This document shows positions 61,372 through 64,000 of a stretch of 64,000 nucleotides of DNA, piece after piece. Both the position numbers and the translations under genes were made by a program. How positions within the stretch are numbered: the first letter of the stretch is position 1; the number at the start of each line of letters is the position of its first letter. The stretch lies in contig CBDCUI010000008.1 of the NCBI GenBank assembly GCA_965222615.1, forward strand, positions 96,001 to 160,000, written 5' to 3'. Below the pieces are notes generated by a model, which worked only from the letters and a program-made list of their open reading frames with translations, made no database searches and had not been told where the DNA came from. Source of the stretch: Gammaproteobacteria bacterium. Lineage in GTDB: Bacteria; Pseudomonadota; Gammaproteobacteria; UBA4575.

Positions 61372-62304
61372 TTACAAAACCGGTGCAAAATTTACAACGG
61401 TAGTTTTACCTGCAACTACTGGCGCATTGGTTGGCATAACAAATTCAATCATGTCGTCCACTTCAGGATCTTCCTTTGAAGCTTGACAAGTATATGCAAC
61501 GGTATAGTCACCTTGCTCAATAAAACCAGCCGTGTATTTATACATGCCATCCATTGGATCCAATGTTACATTTGCCGTACTAATGGGATCAGGTTCTATA
61601 GCATCAATGTCATCGGGCATTACATCAAAGCCACTATAGACATACACAACATCATCTTGCGCTTCAGAATTCGTACAATCTGCATCCATCACCAAAGCAG
61701 GATCCACCGTACCGGATATAGAACCTACCATCTCGTTTTTAACCAGTCTTAAGGTTGGGCGCAGTCGATAGTCTGGGAAACCTTGAGGGTTGTTGACAGA
61801 TTTCGCTAAATCAAAGTCAATGGTGTAAAAAGTTGAGTTATCTTGCTCAACATCAAAAGGAGTATTGATTTTTAAACCCGACTGAGCACCACCAGGGACA
61901 TACAGGGAAAAACGGCTGTCGTCATTTAAAATGATATAAGAGTCTTGATCATTGCCGCGTTCTGCTAACACAGATAACCGTACCCATTGGTATCTCCCAG
62001 CAGTAACGGTTGCCTCATTGAGCAACGAATCAAATTCGTTACCTTGCAGTTGTAATAAGTCAATGGTTTTTACCTCATCGAACGTAAAGTTGGTACGTTC
62101 ACCATTGGCATGTTGAATCTCCATGCCATCAAATGACACCACTACATTTTTTGCATTAGCAACTGGTGAATCAGTTATGGCAAAACTTACTTGGCCGGTG
62201 CCAGGACCACTGCTGGACGAACTACCTCCGCCTCCACAGGCAATGAACGTAAAACAAGAAAGTAAAATAAAAAAGCTGCACGCCAGGGAAGTACAATTAC
62301 GCAT
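61372..62304 (-). CDS. DUF4382 domain lipoprotein
   Basis: IAC-GGGGSSS lipobox, ITDSP, IDLL.LQG, SGLK, DFDL.KS, L.P.LRL. Confidence 0.85.
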   Translation of the reverse strand: MRNCTSLACSFFILLSCFTFIACGGGGSSSSSGPGTGQVSFAITDSPVANAKNVVVSFDGMEIQHANGERTNFTFDEVKTIDLLQLQGNEFDSLLNEATVTAGRYQWVRLSVLAERGNDQDSYIILNDDSRFSLYVPGGAQSGLKINTPFDVEQDNSTFYTIDFDLAKSVNNPQGFPDYRLRPTLRLVKNEMVGSISGTVDPALVMDADCTNSEAQDDVVYVYSGFDVMPDDIDAIEPDPISTANVTLDPMDGMYKYTAGFIEQGDYTVAYTCQASKEDPEVDDMIEFVMPTNAPVVAGKTTVVNFAPVL

Positions 62305-62494
62305 TTTTCCAACTCCAAAAATATAGTATTGACCAAGTCAAACCCAACAAATTTAAATGTTATTTAGTTGTTTTTATGATTTAGCAGGCAAAAGGATAGG
62401 TACTAAGAGTTCATATAATCTCGGTTCTGGAGAAATGGTATAAATAAGGCGATTAGCGGGTATTTCTAATCACCTATTAATAGTGCTGATGAAT

Positions 62495-63457
62495 CTACTG
62501 AAATTGAATTTGTGACCAAGTAGAGTTGATTACAGTATTTGTAATTGAATCACCATCCGTATCTACATCAATCGTGACTAATTGATCGGGCATAATCGAA
62601 ACCTCGGCATTTGAGTGTTTGCCTGAGATACTAATCCTGCCATTTTCTGGTGAGTGCAGATCGACAAAATATTCATCCAAGCTTAACAGCTCCATTCCAG
62701 AGATTGAATTTGCTTCAGTGTTTGCATGTATTGTTCCATTTTGGGTGTCACTGAGAATTTTTAATGAATTTACGCTTAATGTGTAACTCGATGGCATAAC
62801 CGCTAGATTGATAGATTGAGAAATATCGATATCAGAGAGGACGTTTTCAGATCCGTTGTCTATCGATAGCGAGTCACTGTTGATAGCAGCCTTCAATTCA
62901 GCCGATGTTGCATCAAACTCAATGGTAATTATCATGTCACTATCGACAGTAAATGCCTCACTTCCTGTATTAAGTTTTAGAGAGTCGGCTTTAACGTTAA
63001 TTGAGTATAGCCAGTCAGTCCCGCTATCAAATCTTCCGATATCAATTCCCTTGGTATCCAGCAAAGATATTGTTAAATCACCGTTAACAATTACATTATC
63101 TACAGAGCAATTGATATAACTAAGTAATAAATTGTTTTTAATCGAAATCTTATTAGCATTATTTGTATTGATTGAAACCATGCCACCAACATTCGCGCAA
63201 GTATAGCGAGATGGAGTAAGTGCATTAAAGCTATCGATATATTTCGATGATTGACTTGCAACATCAGCAATCAAGAGAGTTTGTGTTAAAGATTCTACAG
63301 TCTCAATACTTGTGGTTTCTGCATTGCTAACAACAATGACTACTTCATCATCGTCGTCGTCATCATCACTACTAAAACTGCTACTAAAAGAACACCGACT
63401 ACCCGTAAGCAGTGACAAGACTAAGCATGCAAAGATAAAGATCTTAATCGTTTCCAT
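62495..63457 (-). CDS. Hypothetical exported protein or lipoprotein with poly-Asp tract
   Basis: Signal LLTGSRC, Ser/Asp run, C..GG and NC motifs, C-terminal D.DGD...W. Confidence 0.7.
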   Translation of the reverse strand: METIKIFIFACLVLSLLTGSRCSFSSSFSSDDDDDDDEVVIVVSNAETTSIETVESLTQTLLIADVASQSSKYIDSFNALTPSRYTCANVGGMVSINTNNANKISIKNNLLLSYINCSVDNVIVNGDLTISLLDTKGIDIGRFDSGTDWLYSINVKADSLKLNTGSEAFTVDSDMIITIEFDATSAELKAAINSDSLSIDNGSENVLSDIDISQSINLAVMPSSYTLSVNSLKILSDTQNGTIHANTEANSISGMELLSLDEYFVDLHSPENGRISISGKHSNAEVSIMPDQLVTIDVDTDGDSITNTVINSTWSQIQFQ

Positions 63458-63627
63458 CCAACCCTCGATTCAATTTAGTGATTGAAATAGCTGAATTGAG
63501 CCTACTATTGTAACCAAGTCTTAGTTTTTATAACCACACAGTATGTAAAGGCTCTAGCCTTTTTTCCTTTTTTAACTGATTTTGGTATACCCTAAGGCAG
63601 ATAGAGATAAATAAAGAAGCATTCACG

Positions 63628-64000
63628 ATGACAAAGGATTTTCAAGGATCACCCCAAGCGTGGCAAAGAATCACTGAGCCACTGGAAAGAATCGACGCTA
63701 AGTTAGAAAAATTTGCCAATGAGAAAGATTTACCCTTGGGCAAGATTACCAAGAACTGGCCAAATCGAGAATTTCGTTGGACTTACCAAATAGAAAGGCT
63801 AATTGAGATTTATCTTGAGGATGAGAAAGAACTTACCTGGTCGCTGTGGATCTGTGCCTATCAATATGCAAACAGTTTGCAGTTAACAAAAAAGAAAATA
63901 ATTCTTAAAGGTATCTCAATTGAAGAATTAAATATGCAATTAGAAAATGCCCTTGAAGATGCGTATAAAAAAGTCATGAGTTGGAGTAAAGGCAGTTTAA
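63628..64000 (+). CDS. Hypothetical protein, truncated at the window edge
   Basis: Open frame MTKDFQGSPQAWQRITEPLERID...NWPNREFRW... with no stop before 64000. Confidence 0.7.
   Translation, partial: MTKDFQGSPQAWQRITEPLERIDAKLEKFANEKDLPLGKITKNWPNREFRWTYQIERLIEIYLEDEKELTWSLWICAYQYANSLQLTKKKIILKGISIEELNMQLENALEDAYKKVMSWSKGSL

Noticed and set aside
1-64000. CRISPR arrays, rRNA/tRNA genes, intact transposases, prophage or defence genes
   Set aside because: No regularly spaced repeats or diagnostic motifs seen by eye; the remaining short ORFs in the track overlap well-supported genes

Overview
AT-rich bacterial chromosomal DNA; gene content suggests a free-living gammaproteobacterium (inference). 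The window holds a type IV pilus minor-pilin operon (fimT-pilV-pilW-pilX-pilY1, no pilE after it), dinB, a cytoplasmic molybdopterin oxidoreductase paired with an unusual FNR-ferredoxin reductase, gltBD, ttcA, tdh-kbl, lemA-TPM-TPM, a GCS2 ligase/M14 peptidase pair, and many envelope and hypothetical genes. No rRNA, tRNA, CRISPR array or intact transposase was seen. The most striking unexplained structure is a minus-strand unit at 15274-16352. It runs promoter, 49-codon leader ORF ending in UAG-C, a 1:2/2:3/3:4 attenuator, two small paralogous genes, and a 71-aa basic protein with a long hairpin inside its 3' coding region. That is the architecture expected of a translation-stress-induced, ArfA-like ribosome-rescue module. 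Other observations: two ~150-bp MITE-like elements sharing a core but with different ends, a cytochrome P460-family pseudogene, paralogous coiled-coil/HhH proteins, and a repeat-motif membrane protein. All product calls come from motif recognition, not database searches.
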